Below, one piece after another: positions 31,710 to 44,000 of a stretch of DNA of 64,000 bases. This DNA comes from Macrostomum lignano. Lineage: Eukaryota. The translations under genes and the position numbers were made by a program. A model generated the notes under the pieces. That model saw only the letters and a program-made list of their open reading frames with translations, had not been told where the DNA came from and did not search any database. The DNA is taken from assembly GCA_002269645.1 (NCBI GenBank), contig NIVC01000875.1:248001-312000 (forward strand). Reading direction: 5' to 3'. The number at the start of each line of letters is the position of its first letter. The first letter of the stretch is position 1.

Positions 31710-32776
31710 GCTGCAGCTGATTAACTTTATGCCTGCAGCTTTGAGCTGAGGGTTCAGACCGAATGGCTGCAGCTGATTAACTTTATGCCTGCAGCTTTGA
31801 GCTGAGGGTTCAGACCGAATGGATGCAGCTGATTAACTTTATGCCTGCAGCTTTGAGCTGAGGGTTCAGACCGAATGGCTGCAGCTGATTAACTTTATGC
31901 CTGCAGCTTTGAACTGAGAGTTCAGACCGAATGGCTGCAGCTGATTAACTTTATGCCTGCAGCTTTGAGCTGAGGGTTCAGACCGAATGGATGCAGCTGA
32001 TTAACTTTATGCCTGCAGCTTTGAGCTGAGAGTTCAGACCGAATGGATGCAGCTGATTAACTTTATGCCTGCAGCTTTGAGCTGAGGGTTCAGACCGAAT
32101 GGCTGCAGCTGATTAACTTTATGCCTGCAGCTTTGAGCTGAGGGTTCAGACCGAATGGATGCAGCTGATTAACTTTATGCCTGCAGCTTTGAGCTGAGAG
32201 TTCAGACCGAATGGCTGCAGCTGATTAACTTTATGCCTGCAGCTTTGAGCTGAGGGTTCAGACCGAATGGATGCAGCTGATTAACTTTATGCCTGCAGCT
32301 TTGAGCTGAGGGTTCAGACCGAATGGCTGCAGCTGATTAACTTTATGCCTGCAGCTTTGAACTGAGAGTTCAGACCGAATGGCTGCAGCTGATTAACTTT
32401 ATGCCTGCAGCTTTGAGCTGAGAGTTCAGACCGAATGGCTGCAGCTGATTAACTTTATGCCTGCAGCTTTGAGCTGAGAGTTCAGACCGAATGGATGCAG
32501 CTGATTAACTTTATGCCTGCAGCTTTGAGCTGAGGGTTCAGACCGAATGGCTGCAGCTGATTAACTTTATGCCTGCAGCTTTGAGCTGAGGGTTCAGACC
32601 GAATGGATGCAGCTGATTAACTTTATGCCTGCAGCTTTGAGCTGAGAGTTCAGACCGAATGGCTGCAGCTGATTAACTTTATGCCTGCAGCTTTGAACTG
32701 AGAGTTCAGACCGAATGGATGCAGCTGATTTACTTTATGCCTGCAGCTTTGAGCTGAGAGTTCAGACCGAATGGAT
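31710..32776. repeat. 56-bp tandem array, about 19 copies
   Basis: Unit gctgcagctgattaactttatgcctgcagctttgagctgagggttcagaccgaatg; period 56 measured between 31711 and 31767. Confidence 0.95.
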
Positions 32777-33145
32777 GCAACAGGACTGGGCTAGGGGATG
32801 GAGCTCCAGCTCCAGGAGACCAGCGTCTGCTCTCCATCATGCAGTCTCGCACACCGAAATTCGAATTCTATATTTCTTGGGAGATTTCTGTAATTCCCAG
32901 CGTCTCTTCTGCATCGGTCCGCAACTTTGAGTCCTGTAGCTGCGTGACTGAGAGCAAACCCCAGGTAAGTGTTGAAAATAATGAGTGCTTTTTTTCAGAA
33001 TATCTGAATTGTATTTTTTTATTGTTGCTCAGTGAGCTCAGTGAGATGGCATCAGCAGGAACTGGAGTATCTGAGTAAATAAACAGTCCAACACATACAT
33101 TGCTGCTCAGTGAGCTCAGTGAGATGGCATATCTGTCTGCCAGCC

Positions 33146-36100
33146 TCAGTTCTGGCCAGTCGCGCCCTTTTGCAGCCTCCTCCAGCGCCGCTTGGCCAGT
33201 CTCGGGTCCAAAGAGATTTTGTAGGCGAGCTGAGCGACTGTCTGAGCAACACAAAGGTAGGTGGCCCTTTTCGTTTTGTCCTCCACCGGGTTCTGCATCA
33301 TGTCGCGGTTCACTCGGGTCATGATGTTCAGCAGGTCGTCCTCCCTATAGTGCCGCTCGATCATCCGGCACAGGGTTTGCACGAACTTGGACCCGGTCTC
33401 AGGAAACCTGTAGGAGACCTGGTTCTCTGTGGTGGCGTAGCACAGCAGGAAGTCGGCTTTGGACGGAGAGAAGGCCGGCAGGGGCTTCGGGACTTGCGGC
33501 TCGTTGAACTTCGTACTGCTGTCGTTTAGGGGTGCATCGTGATGCTGACCGCGGCAGGCCTGGATGAAAAATATCTTCGGCTTGCGGGCCAGACTCGGGC
33601 AGCAGCTCGACTGGAGGGAGGGAGAGTAGCGCTGAGAGTGGCGCTGGGAGCGAAGCTGAGAGTGGCGCTGAGAGTGGCGCTGAAAGTGGCGCTGAAAGTG
33701 GCGTTGAGAGTGGCGCTGAGAGTGACGCTGGGAGTGGCGCTGGGAGTGGCGTTGAGAGTGGCGCTGAGAGTGGCACTGAGAGTGACGCTGGGAGTGGCGC
33801 TGAGAGCGAACCTGAGAGTAGCGCTGAGAGTGGCGCTGGGAGCGAAGCTGAGAGTGGCGCTGAGAGTGGCGCTGAAAGTGGCGCTGAAAGTGGCGTTGAA
33901 AGTGGCGCTGAAAGTGGCGTTGAGAGTGGCGCTGAGAGTGGCGCTGAAAGTGGCGCTGAAAGTGGCGTTGAGAGTGGCGCTGAGAGTGACGCTGGGGGTG
34001 GCGCTGGGAGTGGCGCTGAGAGTGGCGCTGGGAGTGGCGCTGAGAGTGGCGCTGAGAGTGGCGCTGGGAGTGGCGCTGAGAGTGGCGCTGAGAATGGCGT
34101 TGAGAGTAGAAATGAAAGTAGAGCGGAAAGTGGCGCTGAAAGTAGCGGAAAAATATTTACAACTTCTGCACCCACCTGAAATATTTTGGTGACATCAGGA
34201 ATTTTGCACAGCCTTCCGTCGGAGCCGTACACGCCGTCCGGGCTGCCGTGAGCCATGAGAAAGCAGACGAAGCAGCCGTGCCGCTCCAGCTGGTCTGAGC
34301 GCTGCAGCTGCCTCAGGCATTGGAGAATTCCATCGGCTGTGAGGTCCTCCTCCAACGTCACGGTGAATCGCAGCTTTCCGAACACTTCCTTCACTCGCTC
34401 CACATCCCACTGTGAGCCTTCGCGATTCTCCAAGAGGCTGCTAGCTGAGTACTTGTACTTGTTGATGTTGATGATGAGGCAGAAGCCTTGCGGGTCCGTC
34501 ACTTGGTAGAAATCTTCATCAAGTCTGAAATGCCGCCAGAGTTTTTGCTGTGCTGTAGCTGTGTGTGCTGTAGCTGTGTGTGCTGTAGCTGTGTGTGCTG
34601 TAGTTGTGTGTGCTGTAGCTGTGTGTGCTGTAGCTGTGTGTGCTGTAGCTGTGCGTGCTGTAGTTGTGTGTGCTGTAGCTGTATGTGCTGTAGATGTGTG
34701 TGCTGTAGCTGTGTCTGCTGTAGTTGTGTGTGCTGTAGCTGTGTGTGCTGTAGTTGTGTGTGCTGTAGCTGTGTGTGCTGTAGCTGTGTGTGCTGTAGCT
34801 GTGTGTGCTGTAGTTGTGTGTGCTGTAGCTGTATGTGCTGTAGATGTGTGTGCTGTAGCTGTGTCTGCTGTAGCTGTGTGTGCTGTAGCTGTGTGTGCTG
34901 TAGTTGTGTGTGCTGTAGCTGTGTGTGCTGTAGCTGTGTGTGCTGTAGCTGTGTCTGCTGTAGTTGTGTGTGCTGTAGCTGTGTGTGCTGTAGCTGTGTC
35001 TGCTGTAGTTGCGTGTGCTGTAGCTGTGTGTGCTGTAGCTGTGTGTGCTGTAGTTGTGTGTGCTGTAGATGTGTGTGCTGTAGCTGTGTGTGCTGTAGCT
35101 GTGTCTGCTGTAGTTGTGTGTGCTGTAGCTGTGTGTGCTGTAGCTGTGTCTGCTGTAGTTGTGTGTGCTGTAGCTGTGTGTGCTGTAGCTGTGTGTGCTG
35201 TAGCTGTGTCTGCTGTAGCTGTGTGTGCTGTAGCTGTGTATGCTGTAGCTGTGTGTGCTGTAGCTGTATGTGCTGTAGCTGTGTGTGCTGTAGCTGTGTC
35301 TGCTGTAGTTGTGTGTGCTGTAGCTGTGTGTGCTGTAGCTGTGTGTGCTGTAGCTGTGTGTGCTGTAGCTGTATGTGCTGTAGCTGTGTGTGCTGTAGCT
35401 GTGTGTGCTGTAGCTGTGTGTGCTGTAGCTTTGTGTGCTGTAGCTGTGTGTGCTGTAGCTTTGTGTGCTGTAGCTGTGTGTGCTGTAGCTGTGTGTGCTG
35501 TAGCTGTGTGTGCTGTAGTTGTGTGTGCTGTAGATGTGTGTGCTGTAGCTGTGTGTGCTGTAGTTGTGTGTGCTGTAGCTGTGTGTGCTGTAGCTGTGTG
35601 CTGTAGCTGTGTGTGCTGTGCTGTGTGTGCTGTAGCTGTGTGCTGTAACTGTGTGTGCTGTAGCTGTGTGTGCTGTAGCTGTGTGTGATGTTGCTGTGTG
35701 TGATATTGCTGTGTGTGTGTAGCTGTGTGTGATGTTGCTGTGTGTGCTGTAGCTGTGTGTGCTGTAGCTGTGTGTGCTGTAGCTGTGTGTGCTGTAGCTG
35801 TGTGTGACGTTGCTGTGTGCGATGTTGCTGTGTGTGCTGTAGCTGTGTGTGACGTTGCTGTGTGCGATGTTGCTGTGTGTGCTGTAGCGGTGTGCTGTAG
35901 CTGTGTGTGCTGTAGCTGTGTGCTGTAGCTGTGAGTGATGTAGCTGTGTGCTGTAGCTGTGTGTGCTGTAGCTGTGTGTGCTGTAGCTGTGTGTGCTGTA
36001 GCTGTGTGTGATGTTGCTGTGTCTGCTGTAGCTGTGTGTGATGTAGCTGTGTGCTGTAGCTGTGTGCTGTAGCTGTGTGTGCTGTAGCTGTATGTGCTGT

Positions 36101-37816
36101 AGCTGTGTGTGCTGTAGCTGTGTGTGCTGTAGCTGTGTGTGATGTTGCTGTGTGTGCTGTAGCGGTGTGTGATGTAGCTGTGTGCTGTAGCTGTGTGTGA
36201 TGTTGCTGTGTGTGCTGTAGCTGTGTGTGCTGCAGGTGTGTGTGATGTTGCTGTGTGTGCTGTAGCTGTGTGTGCTGTAGCTGTGTGTGCTGTAGCTGTA
36301 TGTGCTGTAGCTGTATGTGCTGTAGCTGTGTGTGCTGTAGCTGTGTGTGCTGTAGCTGTGTGAGATGTTGCTGTCTGTGCTGTAGCTGTGTGTGCTGTAG
36401 CTGTGTGTGCTGTAGCTGTGTGAGATGTTGCTGTCTGTGCTGTAGCTGTGTGTGCTGTAGCTGTGTGTGCTGTAGCTGTGTGAGATGTTGCTGTGTGTGC
36501 TGTAGCTGTGTGTGCTGTAGCTGTGTGTGCTGTAGCTGTGTGTGCTGTAGCTGTGTGCGATGTTGCTGTGTGTGCTGTAGCGGTGTGCTGTAGCTGTGTG
36601 TGCTGTAGCTGTGTGCTGTAGCTGTGAGTGATGTAGCTGTGTGATGTTGCTGTGTGTACTGTAGCTGTGTGTGCTGTAGCTGTATGTGCTGTAGCTGTGT
36701 GCTGTAGCTGTGTGCTGTAGCTGTGTGTGTTGTAGAGAACTCACAGATGGTCATTGGAGTAGCTCCCTCCTTCATATCTGAAATATGTAGAGCATAATGT
36801 TTTTAGAATTTATAAAAATATTTTCTTTTAAGTTAAAATTGTTTCATAAATACTAAAACACGCAAATAGATAAAACAAATATTTTTTACTAATACTGCTT
36901 GTATTTTTCATTCTGTTTCGTTCTGATATTTCTGGCTCAGCAAAATGCTTGCTGTTGTCTCACAGCTCGCAGGCAGCTGAACATTAATATTCAACTGGAA
37001 TCTGCAGTCAAACTGCACTGCAAACTCCCTCAAAGCAGCTCAGTCAGTGTCTGCTGCCCATTTAAACTACAGAAATGTAAAAATGCCCACTCAGAGCAAC
37101 TGCAGTCAGCTGCTCAATATTCAATCATAAATTACAGCATATTGTTTATCAATGATAAATCAAAATCAGAGAGACATTCTCAGTCGCCATGGAAACTCAC
37201 CCACGCAGCAGCTCAGCCAGTTCGCTCTTTCCATTCTGTGTGGCCAAATCCAGCGCAGTCCTGCCGCTTCTGGTCTTCAGGCTCCAATCCGCCCCTGAGT
37301 CCAGCAGAACCCGACCGACTGCGGCGGCGGTGGCGAGGGGCGCAGTGAAGACTGCCTCCATGAGGGGCGTGAATTCACACAAATCCGTAGCATTGGCGGA
37401 GGCTCCGGCAGCCAGCAGAGCGGAGGCTGAGGCAGAATTGCCAGCAACGGCTGCACGGTGCAGGCAACTGTCAGCCAACATATTATTCGCACAGGTGGGG
37501 TCACCCAGCTGCACCAGCTGCTCCCACAGAGCCTCATCACCGCACGAGCTGTTCCGAGCTGCCCACATCAACGCGGTGTAACCAAATTCGTCAGGCAGGT
37601 CGCAGATGCCGCGGGTCGCCGCTCGCCGCAGCCCCGCCGAGTCGCCCGCCTCGGCCAGCCGCTGCAGCTCCTGTCGATCCGCCTCCTCCTGCAAAGGCGA
37701 GCGGGAAATTTGAGCACAGCTGCTCAGCTGCAGCCGCATCGGCACCTCAGATGCCGCTCACCTGGGCTGTCAGACCGGAAATCTCGCCGAGTGCATCTAC
37801 GACCAGCCGCATCTCC
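33146..37816 (-). CDS. Ankyrin-caspase fusion gene (ankyrin family copy 2)
   Basis: Exons 37816-37762, 37688-37201 (ANK), 36777-36745 (mini-exon), 34524-34176 (FCLIIN...LMAHG) and 33610-33146 (KPKIFFIQACRG...ADFLLCYAT...GSKFVQTLC). All GT-AG, with phases 0, 2, 2 and 0 giving one frame. First in-frame ATG is at 37812. Confidence 0.85.
33620..34140. repeat. 12-bp minisatellite (gagtggcgctga) in the caspase intron between the His and Cys exons
   Basis: Tandem copies between the donor at 34175 and the acceptor at 33611. Confidence 0.9.
34552..36733. repeat. 15-bp satellite (TGTAGCTGTGTGTGC)n, intronic
   Basis: About 2.2-kb array; the same family occurs at 43371-43819. Confidence 0.95.
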
Positions 37817-38439
37817 CTGCAACAGCAAAAATGAGCAGCCAATTTGCAGTTTTCTCAAATCAGACAATTACCATGGCCAAAATAAAATTATCTTGTACGA
37901 TTAAATCTCTTTGATCTGCTTCAATTTTCGTACTAAATTCAGTAGACAGAAATTCCTAGTTATCTGAGCTGCTCGCAGATGGAGTTTCCAAGAGGCTGGC
38001 AACTGGCAGCGCCTTCACTTGACCTCTCCAGGCACTTCTGGTGAGATGCCGCCGCCCGTCACGTGACCCGCTGGGCGCGCTCTGAGCTCAGGTGACTGGG
38101 AGCAGCTCGGCTACCCTCAGGGGCCGAAGAGCTGATGGGTCCGGACTCGATCCCGGACCTTCGGGCCTGAGCCAATCCGTCAGTGCGATGGGACTGGGAG
38201 TTCACTGCGTTTGTTCCGGTTGATTAGTGATGTCGTTGCTTTTATGGCACTGGACTTCAAACTCCTGCATCTGCAAATCCAGTTGCCAAAAAAGTGGCTA
38301 GTAGCAAAGAGGTTGGTTAGAGTCTCACTGCATTTCTTAAACTAGTTGGGCAGCTAACCTGTACTGAATGCTGTGGCCCAAGCAATGCCTAGGAATTCAG
38401 TAACGAATGCTCGCCAGGGAGCTGCGTCTGTCCCAGGCA

Positions 38440-40552
38440 CAATATTGATTTTGCAGGCACAGTATTGATTATGCAGGCACAGTATTGATTATGCAGGCAC
38501 AGTATTGATTTCTGAAACTGGATGGGAGCAATGGCTCTCGTATTTCTTCTGTGAATTTCTGTTTTGAAGTCGTGTGAATCTAAGTGCCTCTCCCGGAGTG
38601 CCTCTCCCTGAGTGCCTCTCCCTGAGTGCCTCTCCCGGAGTGCCTCTCCCCAAGTGCCTCTCCCTGAGTGCCTCTCCCTGAGTGCCTTTCCCTGAGTGCC
38701 TCTCCCGGAGTGCCTCTCCTACGGCGTGATTACAAGCATTCAACAAGCATTGCATTTCACATAGATCGAATCAGACAACTTATCCAACTATGCGATCAAA
38801 ACTTAAGCGACATCTTCATAGGGCAAGAGATTTGTTCCGAAAGCCAGTTTAAAACACAAGGCTATGACATTGATAAATACCCATTCGGGCGCTTACGTCT
38901 CGTGAATGTTTTGTGCTAGGCTGCATTGACACCGAAAAGCGATGCCGATCTCTGGTTCTACTTGATCAGGTGGGCCCGGTATTGCATTTCTTCCCCAACT
39001 GAGCCACGCAACCCAGCTTTTGACCTCCGACTGAATTTGGCTGGACAGGTGTTGCCCACATGAGGACTTGTCCCAGGGTTGCTCACATGAGGACTTGTCC
39101 CAGGGTTGCTCACATGAGGACTTGTCCCAGGGTTGCTCACATGAGGACTTGTCTCAGGGTTGCTCACATGAGGACTTGTTTCAGTGTTGCCCACATGAGG
39201 ACTTGTCCCAGGGTTGCTCACATGAGGACTTGTCCCAGGGTTGCTAACATGAGGACTTGTCTCAGGATTGCTCACATGAGGACTTGTCCGAGGGTTGCTC
39301 ACATGAGGACTTGTCCCAGGGTAGCTCACATGAGAACTTGTCCCAGGGTTGCTCACATGAGGACTTGTCCCAGGGTTGCTCACATGAGGACTTGTCCCAG
39401 GGTTGCTCACATGAGGACTTGTCTCAGGATTGCTCACATGAGGACTTGTCCGAGGGTTGCTCACATGAGGACTTGACCTGCCTGTGACCAATTTCTTCTG
39501 CAGCTGCAGCAGGCAAAGTTGCCCGTGCCGTGTGCGGTCTGCAGCCTGAAAAAACCCGGCTTGTCACAAGTCCAATTCGGTTTAGACTTCATTGCCGAGC
39601 ATCTCTCTCGAGCTTCTCTTCGAGACCTCGGACCTGAATTTTGGAACTGAGGACGGACTGACCCAGTCTTTCGACACTACCTCGAGCTCACATTCCAAAG
39701 TCAGTCAAGCCATCTGGGTAAAGGCCTGGTGTTGTGTGGTCCGCTGAGAAGGGTCCTCTAATCTCTGCAGCTGCCTCTACTCTCTCTGCAGCTGCCTCTA
39801 CTCTCTCTGCAGCTGCTTCTACTCTCTCTGCAGCTGCCTCTACTCTCTCTGCAGCCGCCTCTACTCTCTCTGCAGCTGCATCTACTCTCTCTGCAGCTGC
39901 CTCTACTCTCTCTGCAGCCGCCTCTACTCTCTCTGCAGCTGCATCTACTCTCTCTGCAGCTGCCTCTACTCTCTCTGCAGCCGCCTCTACTCTCTCTGCA
40001 GCCGCCTCTACTCTCTCTGCAGCTGCCTCTACTCTCTCTGCAGCTGCATCTACTCTCTCTGCAGCTGCATCTACTCTCTCTGCAGCCGCCTCTACTCTCT
40101 CTGCAGCCGCCTCTACTCTCTCTGCAGCCGCCTCTACTCTCTCTGCAGCTGCATCTACTCTCTCTGCAGCTGCATCTACTCTCTCTGCAGCCGCCTCTAC
40201 TCTCTCTGCAGCTGCATCTACTCTCTCTGCAGCTGCATCTACTCTCTCTGCAGCCGCCTCTACTCTCTCTGCAGCTGCATCTACTCTCTCTGCAGCTGCA
40301 TCTACTCTCTCTGCAGCCGCCTCTACTCTCTCTGCAGCTGCATCTACTCTCTCTGCAGCCGCCTCTACTCTCTCTGCAGCCGCCTCTACTCTCTCTGCAG
40401 CTGCATCTACTCTCTCTGCAGCTGCATCTACTCTCTCTGCAGCTGCATCTACTCTCTCTGCAGCCGCCTCTACTCTCTCTGCAGCCGCCTCTACTCTCTC
40501 TGCAGCTGCATCTACTCTCTCTGCAGCTGCCTCTACTCTCTCTGCAGCTGCT
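38440..40552. repeat. Minisatellite cluster: 20-bp (38440-38510), 14-bp (38585-38715), 27-bp (39058-39475) and 21-bp (39760-40552)
   Basis: Units gcaggcacagtattgattat; gagtgcctctccct; cacatgaggacttgtcccagggttgct; ctctactctctctgcagctgc. Confidence 0.9.
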
Positions 40553-41049
40553 GTTTCAGCATCTCACTCTCTTCCACCGCCCCAATTTCATTTAACACTT
40601 TATCAGCAGTTGAGTTAAACAAACACGGCAACCACTCAGTGCTGAGAGTCGGGCAGTTCCGGTATGCTAGAGAGTCGCAAATGAGTATATTTGAGTAATT
40701 CCTCACAAAGCTCACAAAATAGCGACAGCAGCTAATGGCTAACAGCAAAGAAATTGAGTGAAGCAAAGCATTTGAGCAGTTAAACTGCTTGAGGATAGAG
40801 GAGATCAGTTAACGCCTGCGGTGCAGATAAACAAGTTGAGCTTAAATGAGAAACGTCAATTGGTGCATCTGGAACTCAGTCACAGGGGAATTGATGCAGT
40901 ATGCAAGTTTTAGCACTGCAAAGAGTCACGTAAAAAATTCAGGAAAATGGAAAAAAAAAGCACAAAACAACTTTAAATAGTGCTTTACTTACGTGCATCG
41001 TGCATAAAATATCTAAAATCTTTACAAACATATTCAGAAGTATCTCGGC

Positions 41050-44000
41050 TTAGCGCTGCGAGTCAGACTTTTTCACCAGGAACTCGTGCTTCAGCAGCTC
41101 CTGTGCGGATCTTCTTCTCCTGCGGTCCTTGGCGGTGCAGCGGCTGTAGAAATCCCTCAGTTCCGCAGACCGGCCGTCCGGCAGGGCGGGGGCGCCCTTC
41201 CTGTCAAGATGCTGGGCCATTTCCCAGAAGCTTTTGACTCTGGTGAATGGTTTGTTACCGGAGGCCATCTGGAAGACCGAGCAGCCGAACGCCCAGATGT
41301 CCGACTCTCTGCTGCACTGAAAGCATTCAGAGGTGCCGATTCCGAGCAGCTCTGGCGCCATGAAGTTCAAAGTGCCTTTCAATGCCTCCGGGAATGATGA
41401 GTGGCGACGGACTATCTGCTCCAGCTTGATTGACAGGCCGAAGTCGATCAGCTTGATTCGCGTGTTGTCAGCACAAACAATTATGTTGGAGCAGTTGATG
41501 TCTCTGTGGATCACGGGCGGCTGCGGCTGTGCAGGTAGAGCAGCGCGCGGCAGATCTGCGAGCGGTCGGTCAGTGAGCAGCATCATTCATGGGAACATGG
41601 AACAGGAGCATCAAGGATGCACAATGCTCACCTGCTCGCTGAAGTCTCGAATCGTCAGCTCGTACAGTGGCCTGTTGTCGATAAACCTCTCCAAGCTTCG
41701 GCCGTCCAGCAGCTCCATGAACACAACGACTGTGGCGGGCTCCGGCTGAGCGATGTGCAAGAACCTGACGATGTTGGGATGCCGCAGTCGGCACAGGTTT
41801 TTCTCGCTCTTGACAGCTCTGTGGATCTCTGTGCTCACAGAGGTTTGGTCATCACCGAGCTGCACAGGCAGTCTGAGAGTCTTGGCAGCGCACCTGATGT
41901 CTCTGTCAGTGACAACTTCCTGAATGTCACCAAAGAATCCTCTTGCAACGAACCGAGTGGAGTCCCAACTCTCCCTGAAAACGGGGCTGTTAGGAAAAGT
42001 GGAAAGCGAGTCAGGATGCGTTAAGCCGCTGATCAGAATTTTGGCATCGCCTGACAGACAGGCTAAAATGAGGAGATGCGCGGGAGTCACAGCAGTTGAA
42101 GGAATTGATTGGATTTCATTCCAGTAAAACTCAGCTCTCACAGATTCACGGCAAATTGCTCGCACTGTTTTTAAGTCTGATCAGGGCTTCTGCTTCATCG
42201 AAGGGAATTGAGCACAATATTTCTCCGAGCTTCAAGCTGGCGCCTCAATGATCAGTGCTCAAAGTATGCGGTGCAACTTTAGCGTGAGCACATGGTGAGG
42301 CCGCTTGACTACTGATGAAAAGTGCAACATTGGTCTCACCTCTGCATCAGCATCATATCGCACAGGTATCTAAGTCTAGCCGAATTACTGTACATTTGTA
42401 CCTGACGATGAGGAACTCGTGCCCCATCAGCTCCAGTGCGGACTTTCTGCTTTTTCGGTCCATGGCGGTGCAGCGGCTGTAGAAGTCCTGCAGCTCCGCA
42501 GAGCAGCCCGTCAGCAGGGCGGGGGCACCGCCGCTTCTCAGCTTCTCGGGCAGCGTCTGGGGCATTTTGTGCTCAGCGAAGGGCCGCCTGCCCGAGGCCA
42601 TCTGGAAGACCGAGCAGCCGAACGCCCAGATGTCCGACTCTCTGCTGTACCGCGGGCTGTCCGACTCTTCCGGTGCCAGCAGCTCCGGAGCCAAGAAGTT
42701 AAGAGTGCCTTCGGGGGTGGCTTTGGAGGCTGAGATGTGGCTGACTGACTGCTCCAGCTTGACTGACAGGCCGAAGTCGATCAGCTTGATTCGCGTGTTG
42801 TCGGCACAAACAATTATGTTCGAGCAGTTGATGTCTCTGTGGATCACGGGCGGCTGCCGGCTGTGCAGGTAGATCAGCGCGCGGCAGATCTGCGAGCGGT
42901 CGGTCAGTGAGCAGTCATCATTTATGAGAACATGGAACAGGAGCATCAAGGATGCACAATGCTCACCTGCTCGCTGAAGTCTCGAATCGTCAGCTCGTAC
43001 AGTGGCCTGTTGTCGATAAACCTCTCCAAGCTTCGGCCGTCCAGCAGCTCCATGAACACAACGACTGTGACGGGCTCCGGCTGAGCGATGTGCAAGAACC
43101 TGACGATGTTGGGATGCCGCAGTCGGCACAGGTTTTTCTCGCTCTCGACAGCTCTGTGGATCTCTGTTCTCACAGAGGGCAGCTCATCAACAAGCTGCAC
43201 AGGAAGTTTAAGAGTCTTGGCAGCGCACGTGACGCCCGTGTCAGTTCGAACTTCGTGGACTTCGCCGAAGCCACCGCGACCGATGAGGCGAACGGCGTCC
43301 CAGCGCTCCCGGAACGGGGGGCCTTCGGGACTGAGAGGATGCGAAGTGAAGCAATGAGGGATAATTTGCATGCTGTAGCTGTGTGTGCTGTAGCTGTGTG
43401 CTGTAGCTGTGTGTTGTAGCTGTGTGTGCTGTAGCTGTGTGTTGTAGCTGTGTGTGCTGTAGCTGTGTGCGCTGTAGCTGTGTGCTGTAGCTGTGTGATG
43501 TAGCTGTGTGTGCTGTAGCTGTGTGTGCTTTAGCTATGTGCTGTAGCTGTGTGTTGTAGCTGTGTGTGCTGTAGCTGTGTGCTGTAGCTGTGTACTGTAG
43601 CTGTGTGCTGTAGCTGTGTGTGATGTAGCTGTGTGTGCTGTAGCTGTGTGCTGTAGCTGTGTGTGATGTAGCTGTGTGTGCTGTAGCTGTGTGCTGTAGC
43701 TGTGTGTGATGTAGCTTTGTGTGCTGTAGCTGTGTGCTGTAGCTGTGTGTGCTGTAGCTGTGTGCTGTAGCTGTGTGCTGTAGCTGTGTGCTGTAGCTGT
43801 GTGCTGTAGCTGTGTGCTGAAGGAACTCACGGCAGTGCCATAGGCTCATCGAAGTAGATCTTGTCGTCGTACCTAAATGGGCAGTGCAAAGTCTTAAGTC
43901 AGGAAATTCAGATAGGAGTCCATCCATGCTCTGTGCTTCATTATATAGTTTTTATTGTTTTTTATTAAAATAACTATTCCTAATAATTTTGAGCTCAAAT

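Noticed and set aside
31300-32930. TIR (Toll/IL-1R) domain downstream of the caspase
   Set aside because: Only vague fragments (LQIWSDRNL; GLKVADR); no complete motif or consistent splice path.
34488-36775. 700+ aa HTQLQ / CCSCV / CAVAV repeat proteins
   Set aside because: All frames of a 15-bp satellite that lies between a good donor (36744) and acceptor (34525). The same applies to the ORFs over the 12-, 21-, 27-, 10-, 13- and 28-bp arrays.
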